Counted from the stretch's first letter, positions 36,717 to 49,527 are shown. The stretch: 64,000 nucleotides of DNA from Octopus sinensis (GCF_006345805.1 NC_043001.1:68634001-68698000), one strand, 5' to 3'. Notes: generated from the letters alone by a model not told the origin. A program made the numbers and translations.

Positions 36717-37005
36717 ATTTCTACTATAGGCAAAAAGCCTGAAATCTTGTGTGGGGGACTAGTCGATTACATTGACCCCAGTCTTCCACTGGTATTTAAT
36801 TTACCGACCCTAAAAGGATGAAAGGCAAGATCGACCTCAGCGAAATTTGAACTCAAAACGCAAGAACGGCCGAAATGCATTTTGCCCGGTGCTCTAGCTA
36901 TTCTGCCAGCTCGCCAATAATGGACGTTTCAATTATAGACACAAGACATGAAATCTTGTACTTATTTCATCGACCCCGAAAGAATGCAAGGCGAAGTCGA
37001 CTTTA
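36717..37005 (-). mobile_element. SINE family B, one near-complete and one partial copy
   Basis: 'ggcaaaaagcctgaaatc..gtcgattacattgacccc..ggatgaaaggcaagatcgacctc..ctgccagctcgcc'. Confidence 0.8.
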
Positions 37006-37007
37006 TA

Positions 37008-37041
37008 TAATAATAATAATAATAATATAATAATAATAATA

Positions 37042-37104
<63 letters not shown>

Positions 37105-37135
37105 TAATAGTAATAATAATAATAATAATAATAAA
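37008..37135. repeat. (TAA)n array
   Basis: Seen directly. Confidence 0.95.
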
Positions 37136-38874
37136 ACAATTTTGAGGCGTGGTAAAAAACATCAGAGAAACATGTCTTTGACTTGGATTAATTTAAGAAG
37201 GCTTATGATATGATGCCTCATTCTTGGATTGTTGAATGCCTGCAGATATTTGGTGTTGCTGATAATATCACAAATTTACTGATGCATAGCATGAACGAGT
37301 GGAAAACCAAATTGTACTCAAGTAATGTATTCCTTGGAGAAGTTAATATTGAAACGGGAATCTTCCAAGGTGACTCGTTTTTTCCGTTACTTTTTGTAAT
37401 ACCCATAACAATGAGACTTAGGAAAGTTAAGATGGGTTACTGATGTGGGAAGAAAGGCCCATCATTGAACCATCTACTGTTTATGGATCGATTCCTTAAC
37501 CAAAACAATCCAGAAATGGAATTTAGGATGACCAAATGCTCAGTACTAAATATAAAAATGGGAAGAAAACAGTCTGCAAAGAATTGCGGTTACCATCAGG
37601 AGAGACCATAGGTGAACCTGACAGTAGTGGGTATAGATATGTAGGGATTTTGGTGCTGGGTGACATTGTACACAGAGAAATGAAAGGGAGGCGTATCAAA
37701 AAAGTCTGAAGATGGTGTTGAAATCCGACCTGAAAGTTTAAAATTTGATTACCGTAATGAATATCTGGGCAATTGCGCTGGTCAGATATAGTGCCTCCAT
37801 CATCAAATGGACAAAGGAGGAAATATCAACACTGGATTGAAGGACAAGAAAGTTAATGACGCTGCATGGGGCCCTACACCCCAAACCAAACGTAAACAGA
37901 CGGTATATAAAAAGAAAGAATGGTGGCAGAGGACTAATTAGTATAGAGCATTGTATAAAGATAGAAAGTAGAACGCTTGCGGAGTATTTTTTAAATAGTG
38001 AAGAAGACCTGCTGCAATATGCTACGAAAGATATGAGTGTAAATGTAGATTAAATGATGGGCAAGGAAGATTTTTAACCAAAGTGCTGAGGAGAAGAGGA
38101 AAGAATTCCTTCTTGTAATGAGATTGTATGGACACTTTGAAAGGAATACTCAAAAAGTTAAGGAAAATACAGCATCGTGGGCATAACTTGAGCGAGATGA
38201 TTTGAAGCGTACCCCGAAAGCCTGAACATTGCTGCACAAGGCTAGGCTTTCGCTACCATTTCAGTCAAGTATAACATTTATAAAATTTCTGACACCCAGA
38301 AATGCAGACTCTGTGGAAAGAGTGTGGAAAATGTGTGTGTGTATTTTATGCCGTAAATACTAATATGAAGGAACAGAGAACTGGTATGAGCATACACCAA
38401 GTAAAGTTATGCAGGAAGATGGTAGAGTAACGATACACTGGGACTATGATTTTCAGACCGATCGTGTAATCAAACATAGTCCGCCGGATATTGTCATATT
38501 GAATAAGAGAGACAAATATTGTCAGATCATTGATGTAGCCATACCAAATGACATGAATTTGAGTAAAGAAGTTGAAAAAAATCACCAAGTACTCCGAACT
38601 GAAAGTGGAAATGACAAGATTGTATGGCATGCGAGAGGGTAATGTAAAAGTTATAACAATGGTGATCGGAGCGGTGAGCTCAGTCCCTTTAGTACTTCAA
38701 GACTTCTTAAGGCAACTGGAAATGCCATACAAAATTGATGTCTTGTAAAAAAGCAGCCTTATCGGGCATAGCGCACATCTTAAAGAAAGTATTATCTGTC
38801 TGAGATCCTTGTGACTTGACAGATGACTAAAGACTCCGGTGCATTTTTACCTACACTGTGTTACGAAGGAACAA

Positions 38875-38875
<1 letters not shown>
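37136..38875 (+). mobile_element. R4/Dong-clade RLE LINE, 5'-truncated and decayed
   Basis: 'YDMMPHSWI..GIFQGDSFFPLLF..LNHLLFMD' (RT); 'LHGALHPK..RRYIKRKNGGRGL'; 'CRLC' zinc finger; 'WDYDFQTDRVIKHSPPDIVI..IIDVAIP' (RLE). Ends in (TAA)n. Confidence 0.85.
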
Positions 38876-38935
<60 letters not shown>

Positions 38936-38954
38936 CTGATGTTATAATAATGAT

Positions 38955-39109
38955 ATTTTCTATAAATAGGCACAAGGCCTGAAATCTGGGGGACGGAGAT
39001 AGTCGATTACATTGACCCAGTGTTTCACTGGTACTTAATTTATCGACACCAAAAGACTGAAACACAAAGTCGACATAGGCGGAATTTGAACTCAGAACGT
39101 AGCGACGGG

Positions 39110-39112
<3 letters not shown>
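38955..39112 (-). mobile_element. SINE family B within (TAA)n
   Basis: 'ggcacaaggcctgaaatctggg..gtcgattacattgacccagtg..caaagtcgacataggcggaatttgaactcagaacg'. Confidence 0.85.
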
Positions 39113-39149
<37 letters not shown>

Positions 39150-40430
39150 GCTACCTTTATCAAAGGAAAAATGACAGAAACATCTAGCGTTAACCTTGAC
39201 CAGCAGAATGTCATAACAGAATTAGACCCAGCGGAGAGCTACAAGTACCTAAGGGTAATTGAAGGGGACGGAATAAGGAATTCAGTGATGAAGGAAAGGA
39301 TCAGGAGAGAATGTTATCGTAGAGTAAGAGCAATACTCAAGACAGAGCTAAATGCGAGAAACAGGATCGAAGCGATCAATGCTTTAGTCATACCAGTCGT
39401 GACTTACAGTTTCAATATCGTTAACTGGTCAATTACTGAAATATGTAATCTTGACAGAAAAATACGAAAACTGTTGACAATGCATAAAATGCACCACCCT
39501 AAGGCAGATATAGAACGACTTTATCTGCCAAGAAAAGAGGGAGGCCGTGGACTTTTATAACTGGCAATAGCAATGAAGATTGCTACAATTGGCCTAGACA
39601 CCTACCTGAAAAACTCTGAGGACTGGATGTTAAAACTTGTCTCAAAACATGAAAACAAGAAAGCATCATACTCAGTAACAAAACAGGCAAAGGAATATCT
39701 AAGTGAATTCCGAATACAACAAATTTCCAGAATTAGACATACAAGAAGCAAGCACAGAAAAAGCTAAACGCATGAAAACCCGTGCTAAAACTGCTGCCCT
39801 ACACATTCTGAATGATAAATGGCAAGAAAAACCTCTCTATGGCAAATATCCAAAGAGAGCGAATAATGCAGATGTTGACAAAGCCCTGACCCATCAATGG
39901 CTAATGGCCTCTGGGTTAATATCTGAAACAGAAGGGTTTATCATAGCAGCTCAAGATCAATGCCTACCAACAAGGAACTACCAGGCCAACATATTAAAGA
40001 ACGGCAGTAGTCCAACATGTCGTGTATGTCAACAACAAAATGAAACCATTGATCATGTTGTCTCCAAGTGCAGTCTTCTAGCGCCTACAGAGTATCTCAA
40101 CAGGCATGATAGAGCTGCACAATATATTCACTGGGTAATCTGCAAAAACCTGGATTTGCCCCATGAAAAAAACTAGTGGAAATTCAAAAGATAGTGCACA
40201 TGGGAACTGCTCATATCCTACGCAAAATACTTTCTATGTAACCTCAAGTTTTAAAACAAACATAATTTTCGTGTGTTGTTTTTAGACATTCACTAGTACA
40301 ACACTAAATACAAAACCAAATATATGGCACACTAGGCATAACAACAATACGAACTTCCAACCTGTTGTCTCTTGAGGTCTCTGGGTGAGACTTGGAGCCA
40401 ACCTGTGCAAATATAAAGCAAAAGTCAAAC

Positions 40431-40432
<2 letters not shown>
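39150..40432 (+). mobile_element. Second R4/Dong-clade LINE 3' fragment with RLE domain deleted
   Basis: ORF 39171-39560 'YKYLRVIE..ARNRIEAINA..HHPKADIERLYLPRKEGGRGL'; ORF 39703-40176 'ETEGFIIAAQDQCLPTRNY..CRVC..ETIDHV..RHD'; then 'QKIVHMGTAHILRK'. Flanked by (TAA)n on both sides. Confidence 0.9.
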
Positions 40433-40493
<61 letters not shown>

Positions 40494-40504
40494 TAATAAT
40501 AATG

Positions 40505-40561
<57 letters not shown>

Positions 40562-40562
40562 T
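40433..40562. repeat. (TAA)n array
   Basis: Seen directly. Confidence 0.95.
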
Positions 40563-41048
40563 AGTCTTGGTATAAAAGATGGGCTACAGCAAATATTCTG
40601 CTCAGTACCACAGATTTGCTTGTCAGTTGTTTGACCTTAACCAGTTCAGCATGTCCCTTAGTGGCTGACGATATGTGCATCTCTGATCACGAGCAGAAGT
40701 AGTGGGAGAGCATCATTGTCATGTGTTCAGAGGAATTCTTTGAGATTTGGATAATTCACATTTGGAAACATGGGTGTTTCATTCAACATCCTTAAACAAC
40801 CCTTATTCAGGGACCTTTTGTGAGGGACGGGCTACTCAACCTGAAGAAAATTCTAATTAGGCCTCACCAGCAAGGTCTGCGCTGTTTATCTTGATATTAG
40901 ATCACTATGTCGTGCACAAATGTTTGTGATGCATGTGCCTGGTGTACCCTTATAAGTTGGGTAGTAATGATAGGTACACTGGGCTTCGTATGTTTTATCC
41001 CAGTGTTACTTTGATGGCATGCACGTCTCTCTCACTCAATAATAATAA
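40563..41048 (+). mobile_element. ~480-bp non-coding interspersed element (family E), copy 1
   Basis: Collinear with 41408-41890. Ends in 'ctctctcactc(AAT)n'. Confidence 0.8.
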
Positions 41049-41089
41049 TAATGATGATGATGATGATAATGATGATAATAATGATGATT

Positions 41090-41145
<56 letters not shown>

Positions 41146-41174
41146 AATATAATAATAATAATAATAATAATAAT

Positions 41175-41325
41175 ATTCCAATAGTTGTAGAAGCACTCGG
41201 AGCGCTAAGAACCAAGTTCGAGAAGCATGTCGGAGAAATTGGAAATGACATGAGGGTAGTGTTTACAAAAGTGACTTCTCTCTTGGGGACAGTGAGGAAT
41301 TTGTGATTGGTACTTTTGTGTTGAG
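41175..41325 (+). mobile_element. R4/Dong-type C-terminal stub
   Basis: 'IPIVVEALGALRTKFEKHVGEIG..KVTSLLGTVR' resembles the PIVVGALG..LLGT terminus. Preceded by (AAT)n. Confidence 0.6.
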
Positions 41326-41339
41326 CCTTTTTCAGATTC

Positions 41340-41890
41340 TTAACATTTAGGTTCCGAATCTGGCTTCTGATCTTAACTGATTGGAAGTGTTATCATTTAC
41401 ATTGTTTTGTCTTGGTATAAAATATGGACTACAGCAAATATTCTGCTCAATACCACAGATTTGCTTGTCAGTTGACCTTAATCAGTTGAGCATGTCCCTT
41501 AGTGGTTGACAATATGTGCATCTCTGATCACGAGCAGAAATAGTGGGGGAGCATCATAGCCATGTGGTTGAGATGGATTCTTTAGGGCTTGAATAAGTCA
41601 CCTCTGGAAACATGGGTGTTTCGCTCAACATCCATAAACAACCCTTATTCAGGGACCTTTTGAGCGGGACGGGCTACTCGACCAGAAGAAAATTCTAACT
41701 GCCCCTCCCCCTGAAAAGTCATGTGCCGTTTATCTTGATATGAGGTTACCATGTCACACACATATGGTTGTGATGTCTGTGCCTAGTGTACCCTAATTAG
41801 ACGAGTAGTCATGATGGGTATACTGCGCTTCGTATATTTTATCCCAGTGCCACTTTGATGGCATGCACTGCTCTCTCACTCAATAATAAT
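41340..41890 (+). mobile_element. Family E element, copy 2
   Basis: Collinear with 40563-41048, with extra 5' sequence. Confidence 0.8.
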
Positions 41891-41959
41891 AATAATAATG
41901 ATGATGATGGTGATGATGATGATGATAATAATAATAATAATAATAATAATATTAATCAT

Positions 41960-42006
<47 letters not shown>

Positions 42007-42009
42007 TAA

Positions 42010-42228
42010 TTCAGACAAATACATAACAAAAACACCAGGACTTACAAACACATATAACATACAGAAAATTGCACTACTAGGCACTGCACACATCCTACGC
42101 AGAACACTTTCCATACAATAACCATCAGAGCATCATAACAAATCACAGCACATACCTAAGGCACACAGAGCAGCGCTCGGTAGTGAAGTGAAAGCACGCT
42201 ATAAAAATAAAACTACTGAATAATAATA
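42010..42228 (+). mobile_element. R4/Dong-type extreme 3' end plus 3'UTR
   Basis: 'KYITKTPGLTNTYNIQKIALLGTAHILRRTLSIQ*', between (TAA)n arrays. Confidence 0.8.
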
Positions 42229-43403
42229 ATAATAATATTAATAATATTAATAATGGTGATGATGATGATGATAAATTCTAACCACGATTCACATTCTGAG
42301 TTTTTGTCGACCACAGTTTGACGACCATGCAAATCAAGATTTCAACTCGGAATGCAAGTCACACAAAATAAACTGCTCTCTCTTACCATATTGTCCAAAA
42401 TGTACTTATAATATAAATCTAAACAGTTAATTCCACAGCCTAGGAACTCCGTGGGGGCCGAAAAACAAGATGGACAAGCCCCGACTTCCCTTTCCCGGAT
42501 TATCAGTCAGCCTCATATTGTCCACCATATTTCTCCTTGTCTGTTATTTGATGTTTCCTAATCACTATCTCGTAGACTTTTTGAATCTCTTTTATCAAGT
42601 TCTTATCAATACAGGACCACATTTGCTAGAACTGGGCTGCGTGGGTGCCGTTTGACATGGCCAAGCTACATATGATAAAATACATCGTGGTTCGCAATCT
42701 TCCTTATAATTTCTCCTTCTTAATACATTCATTATCTCAACGGTTTGCGCTAAAGAATGTGAATCTTTACATAAGAGATATATTTAGCTTACACACTAGG
42801 AAGGCAGGAAGAAATAAATCAAACCATTGAACAAAGAAACAAATATAATTGTTACAATGAACATATAGCATTTGTATTCTGCAATTCTTGGTTCTGTGAC
42901 ATCGGCTAGACATTATTCGTTTCAGCTAGAGGACATTGCTAGACTCATATTTAATTACAATAGCATATATTATAAAGGAATAAAGGTGAGCAGAAAATGT
43001 TGAATTTTCATTCTTGGAAAAACTTTCAGAATGTTTTCTCAATGAGGAAGATAACTTTCATTTCAAATTATAATGGGGAGCATATATACAAAGAGAAGCT
43101 TCTACTCAGGATCACGCGCGCGTACACACACACACACTCACACGCAAACACAAGCACATGCACACAAATATTACGATGAGACTATACTTTAGTGCATAGA
43201 CACATACATTTACGTAGTCGAACTTACACACACACACACACATACACGTGCACGTATGTTTGTGTGTTGATGTCTGTATGATATTGGAAATCATGTGAAA
43301 ATGACAGTTCGTTGCCACACAAGTAACCAAGAGCTATTCTTATTTTCAATAAAACTGCCCGAGTGACATATGTGTCCGTCAAACAGTTATGTTCATGTAT
43401 ATA

Positions 43404-43435
<32 letters not shown>

Positions 43436-43443
43436 TATGTATG

Positions 43444-43499
<56 letters not shown>

Positions 43500-43558
43500 T
43501 ATATAATATATATATATACATATACATATATATATTATATGTATATATATATATGTAT

Positions 43559-45787
43559 GGGGCTGGCCGAGTTGGAGCGCATATCAGAATGAACAGCCGA
43601 AATTTGCTATGATTGATTCGGTGTCATCTGACTGAAGATTGATAAGGTTCGAATGATTTGTCTGTGTTCCGTGTTCGTCCATTCCTGTATTTCACGTTCA
43701 TTTATATATAAAACATCCATTCTTATATTATTGCGGCGTTACGTGCACCCCCCCGTTTGTTTGTCCAATTTTAAAACCCTGCACGACTTCTATACACATG
43801 TCTTTTACTACCCGCATTGCTTCTTCACCAAACTATTTGGCGCCCTCCGATTCTTCCCCTCTCTTCCTCCCTCCTCCTTAATCCCTTCTTTCTTCTCTTG
43901 GTCACTGATTCTGTCCCTGCTTCCACCATCTTTGATTCCCTCTCTCTCTGTCTCTCTTTCTCTCTCTCCTGCGAAGCCTGCTGCTTCTTCAAACCATTCT
44001 GTTGGCCTTCGTTATCTCGACCAACATTGTTCCCCGCTACCGAAACGGTAATTATTTCTACGCCAGCTGCTATGTTGTTGTTGTTGTTTTGTCTCATTTG
44101 GTCTAAAGTCGTATGACAACCATCGTTATATATGTTTGTTTTTTCATTACTGTTTTCAATTTCGTTTTCGTCTCTTGTATTCACATCCGTCTGTGCTTCA
44201 CATTCCTGTCTTCTACCAAGAAATCTAATGCTTACAGCTTAGTTTTTTTTCTTGGGGCTGGCCGGTTGGAGCAAATATCAGAATTGAACCCGCCGAAATT
44301 GCTATGATGATTCGGTGTCTGACTGAAGATTGAAGGCTTCGAATGATTGTGTGTTCCGTGTTCGTCCCTTCCCTGTATTTTCACGTTCATTATATATAAA
44401 AACATTCATTCTTATATTATGGCGGCGTTACGTGCACCCCCCGTTTGTTTGTCCAATTTAAACCCTGCACGACTTCTATACACACTGTCTTTACTACCCG
44501 CCATTGCTTGTCTTCACCAAACTTTTTGGCGCCCTCAGGATCTTCCCCTCTCTTCCTCCCATCCTCCTTAATCCCTTCTTTCTCCTCTCTTGGTCACTGA
44601 TTCTGTCCCCTGCCTTCCACCCTCTTTGATTTCCCTCTCTCTCTGTCTTCTCTTCTCTCTCTCCTGCGACCTGCTGCTTCTTAACCATTGGTTGGCCTTC
44701 GTATCTCGACCAACATGTGTCCCCGCTACCGAAACGGTAATTTTTCTACGCCAGCTGCTATGTTGTTGTTGTTGTTTTGTCTCATTGGTCTAAAGTCGTA
44801 TGACAACCATCGTTATATATGATTTTGTTTTTTCATTACTGTTTCAATTTCGTTTTCGTCTCTTGTATTCACATCGTCTTGTGCGTTCACAGTCCTGTCT
44901 TCTACCAAGAATCTAATGCTTACAGCTTAGTTTTTTTCTTGGGCTGGCCGAGTTGGAGCAAATATCAGAATTGAACAGACCCGAAAATTGCTATGATGAT
45001 TCGGTGTCTGACTGAAGATTGAAGGCTTCGAATGATTTGTCTGTGTTCCGTGTTCGTCCCTTCCTGTATTTCACGTTCATTATTATAAAAAACATCATTC
45101 TTATTTATTGCGGCGTTACGTGCACCCCCCCGTTTGTTTGTCCAATTTTAAACCACTGCACGACTTCTATACACACTGTCTTTTACTACCCGCCATGCTC
45201 TTCACAAAACTTTTTGGCGCCCTCCGATTCTTCCCCTCGCTTCCTCCCATCCTCCTTAATCCCTTCTTTCTCCTCTCTTGGTCACTGATTCTGTCCCCTG
45301 CCTTCCACCCTCTTTGATTCCCTCTCTCTCTGTCTCTCTTTCTCTCTCTCCTGCCGACCTGCTGCTTCTAAACCATTCTGTTGGCCTTCGTATCTCGACC
45401 AACATGTGTCCCCGCTACCGAAACGGTAATTATTTCTACGCCAGCTGCTATGTTGTTGTTGTGTTTTGTCTCATTTGGTCTAAAGTCGTATGACAAACCA
45501 TCGTTATATATGTTTGTTTTTCATTACTGTTTTCAAATTCGTTTCGTCTCTTGTATTCACATCCGTCTTGTGCGTTCACATTCCTGTCTTTACCAAGAAA
45601 TCTTAATGCTTACGCTTAGTTTTTTTCTTGGGGCTGGCCGAGTTGGAGCAAATATCAGAATTGAACAGCCGAAATTTGCTATGATGATTCGGTGTCTGAC
45701 TGAAGATTAAGGCTTCGAATGATTTGTCTGTGTTCCGTGTTCGTCCTTCCTGTATTTCACGTTCATTATATATAAAAACATTCCTTA
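43559..45787. repeat. Tandem array of a ~690-bp unit, 3.2 copies
   Basis: The unit start 'ggggctggccg' recurs at 43559, 44254, 44941 and 45630. Confidence 0.95.
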
Positions 45788-47072
45788 TATATATATATAT
45801 ATCTTTTAAGTTTTGTCTTTTACTAGATTTAGTCATCAGACTGCGACATATATACACACACATATATATATATACATATATATATATATGCATGTATGTA
45901 TTATGTATGTATGTATGTATGTGTATGTGTTAGTGCGCGCGTGTGTGTGTGTATGTATACACACACACACACATATAAATATGTCAACATATGCTCTCCA
46001 GTCTCTCGCTCTTCAAATGTACATACCTACACCAAGATGAACACACTCTCATAAATATATCATATATCATATACATTTATCTTTGATTTCTGATGGTGTG
46101 AAAATGTTTGTTGCACATGTGTGACGAGGTCGCTGGTACAATTCCATTGGATCTGTGAAATATTAGCTACTGGTGAAGTTTTTATAGACCTCAAGCTGTT
46201 TTGCATTTTTGAACCTTCAGACGTACAGTTCAGCTACATCGTTGTTGACTGACCTTCTAGAAAGGGTCACCGTTTGTCATTTCAACGTTAAATCCGACAG
46301 TTTGCGTTTAAATCTGTATGTTTCATAGCTGCTATTTCTTTATTTTCCCCCTCCTTTCCGTGGGATGGCCTTCGGTTTACAACCATGACTGGAACTCTAA
46401 CTATATTAAAGCACTACTCCTATAGTGAAAACAATGTAGAAAGGACAAATGATAGTTTAGAAATATGATAAATACACTGCACACTCATATGATTAAATTT
46501 TCAGATGCTTACGCCAACATATAATATATGAATATATATATATACAGACACAAAGCGAATGTACACGAAGTACGATCATTGCTAGAAATAGCCGCTGGTA
46601 AGTTAATTCTTGCATATCTTCTTAATGATATTGGTTAAAAATTGACTGGAGTCTTCAGCCGAGTAAACAGGCAAAGATGTAGTGAATATTTAAATATTTC
46701 CCGTTAACGGTGGATTCAAGTGAAGATGACCAGTCGGATTCACCCTACGCATCTGGTCCCAAAAGTCTGAAACTGCAGTATAGAATTATCCTTCATTCCT
46801 GTAACGGTCTCCGTAGAGGTAAGGCAGATTCTTTCTATATTCACCGTCCGCTGGTACTTCTGGCAACGACTGTACATCCCTATAAGATGTTTAAATATTC
46901 TCATTGTGACTATATATCTATGTACATTGAATTATATAAATAATAAAGTGACTGAGGGCACTAATCAGCACCTGTATTGCTACAAATAAGAGTTAAAACA
47001 ACTCATAGCCAGAAGCACCGTATTTTAATGACTGAAAGAGTGGGAAGCTCCCTCAGCGCCTAGGCATTGCCA

Positions 47073-47158
47073 GATCACAATGAATTTGCATTTATATTAA
47101 TGCTCGTTAGTGACACTCACCTAACGAGCATTAATATAAATGAGAAATCACTGTGATC
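47073..47158. other. Hairpin with a perfect 22-bp stem
   Basis: catttatattaatgctcgttag (47089-47110) pairs with ctaacgagcattaatataaatg (47121-47142); outer gatcaca pairs with tgtgatc. Confidence 0.9.
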
Positions 47159-47284
47159 AAAGGAGTAAATGGTTATTAGAAAGCAATACTATATAGATTT
47201 TGAGATAATAGAGGATCTGTTATTATTCTATCTAGATTAGTGTATTTGATGTATTTTAGAAATATTTTATATTTCTAAAATATA

Positions 47285-47460
47285 TGCAGCTGCCTCGATG
47301 CAGCTGCATCGAACACTCTCATGCACCAAATGGCAATTGCTAAAAAGCATTCGTGAAGTAAAATCATGTAGCAACACCAAATGACGGTGCCCCAGCATGG
47401 CCACAGCTTGTGAGCTGAAACTAGATAAAAATTTAAAAAATAGAAAATAAAAAATAGACA
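47285..47460 (+). mobile_element. CR1-group LINE 3' stub
   Basis: 'gcagctgcatcgaacactctc..ggtgccccagcatggccacagcttgtgagctgaaac' parallels 21585-21700. Confidence 0.7.
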
Positions 47461-47599
47461 CATTTCCAAGGTATCTTTTTCTTTCAATGAGTTTATTTTA
47501 TATGGTATCTATAGCAATAACATATCTAAGAATTCGTTTCAATACACCAGTACAATTTATATCATAACTTATAAAATAATCCTTATTTTATTTTATTTT

Positions 47600-48700
47600 A
47601 TTTTGACTTATCCATATTCTTACCTCTGTTGTACCTTTTATATCATTCAATAAAGAAATATCTTATAAATTTTTTATAAAATTTTAATATTTTCTTTTAT
47701 TTTGAATTATTAAATTATGTATTTATATACCATCTTATACATTTGTGTAGCTACTATAGCTTATGAAGAGTTTATAATCTCTCTTCATAAAACTCACTGC
47801 ATAATACAATATTATATTTTACATTTATAATTACACATGTTTTATATTTTTTTATATCTATATTTGATATCGTTAAGCATTTGTTACAAATGCTGAACAA
47901 TTTTTTATATACTTTCCTAGTGTTTGTAATTTAAGAATAATTTTTTATAAAGTCTTTTAATATAATTTACTGGATATGGGAAATCCTATTTTAGTAGATT
48001 TTTAATCGTACAATATTCATTAAATATCTACATGCCCAAATCTGCTTAGCTGTTGCTTCCGAATGTACTCCCTTATACATTTAGTATACCTCTAATTCAA
48101 TTACGCCTTATATTCGAGATCATATTTTACGATATCTTATACTTATCCACCAGTAATGAAGAGAATAGTTATTTTTATTGCTTCTAAACAACGCGCTTAA
48201 TTTTTTTTCTTATGTATTAAGGTATCCCATTATTAGGTTTTAAGTTTAATTTCTATCCTTATTCTATATATTGATCTAAATTTTCACAATTTAATATGAT
48301 ATATTTGCTAAGTTACAGACTACTACATCCCGTATCCTTCAATTCTAATTTCCACCCCTAATGTTTATATTACTTGTCGCTTTCAGTTTTTCATTATATT
48401 CCCTTTACTTGATAATCTAATTAAGTATTGGCCACACCTATCCTTCTTTTTTCCAGCTACCAACTCTTCCCTATCAGACATTTTCTTACTACCAACCTTA
48501 CAATCTACCCTGTTATGTAGATGTAGCTAGATATATGGTTCCAGTACATTGGGAGTCTAGTAGATTGTCTGATATGAATTGATTTATCCTCATTTACTAG
48601 AATACAGTTGACAACTCCCAATGGATTTAATTCTGAGTAGTTGAAGACTACATACTACATAAAGTCTTCTAAATATAAGTAATTATGTTACTACTCTTTT
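47600..48700 (-). mobile_element. Possible very old, AT-drifted RTE-like endonuclease remnant
   Basis: Faint minus-strand traces of a W-N / GVAI / IMGD motif order. No open frame. Confidence 0.25.
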
Positions 48701-48885
48701 TTATTTTGACCTCCGCTATTCCCTCTGCTACTCTCTAAATTTATAATAGTCTAGCAAGGTATGCGTTATTTCCTAAACTCATTCTACCACAGTTATAACA
48801 AAAGGAAACAATGTAAATATTTTGGTTTCCATTATTGATGTAAATGTATTAAAATAAAAAATGTTTATCCTTTATGTTTGAAGTC

Positions 48886-49020
<135 letters not shown>

Positions 49021-49078
49021 AATAAAATGAAATAAAAGAGCAGTGAACTTTCTAGGACATTTTAAAAAGAGAATGGTA

Positions 49079-49126
49079 GTCTTACAGCTATTTCAGGGAT
49101 ATGAAAGATATTCCATCATTAGAGAC
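49079..49126 (-). ncRNA. Minimal type I hammerhead motif, degenerate (G5A, C15.2U)
   Basis: Minus strand reads GTCT-CTAATGA-tGGAATAT ctttc ATATCCCt-GAAAT-AGCT-GTA^AGAC. Confidence 0.65.
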
Positions 49127-49355
49127 GATATGAGAGAGTTAAAGAGAAGGAAATAGTAGAGTTCATTATAAGAAGTTATTTTGGAAGGGAAAATATAATG
49201 GAAGCATAAAAGGAAATATAAGAATATATTTATCTTTATTCTTATATTATCCTCTATCCTTCCTATATCTCTCCCTTTCCAAAATAACTTCTTATATTGC
49301 ACTCTACTGTTTCCTTCTATTTAACTCTCTATTATCGTGTCTGATGATGGGATAT
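49108..49355. mobile_element. Inverted repeat with ~120-bp arms, Penelope pLTR-like
   Basis: 49108-49226 is the imperfect reverse complement of 49237-49355. The right arm ends in an intact CTGATGA core cut off by microsatellite. Confidence 0.75.
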
Positions 49356-49527
49356 GTATGCATGTATGCGTGTATATATATGTGTGTATGTATGTGTATA
49401 TATCTATGCGTGTGTGTGTATGTATGCATATATATGTGTATGTGTGAATATATGTGTACATGTATATGTATGTACGTATATATACATATATATGTATATA
49501 TATATATGTGTGTATATATATATATAC

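Noticed and set aside
44315-44350. CTGAAGA..CGAA..GTC in the 690-bp tandem unit as a hammerhead
   Set aside because: GAAT instead of GAAA and no stem I pairing in any copy.
43559-45787. CRISPR-like or rDNA-like array
   Set aside because: Long near-identical units without unique spacers and no recognisable rRNA sequence; eukaryotic context.
45805-45845. Minus-strand CTGATGA near the array end
   Set aside because: No correctly placed GAAA or stems I/III.
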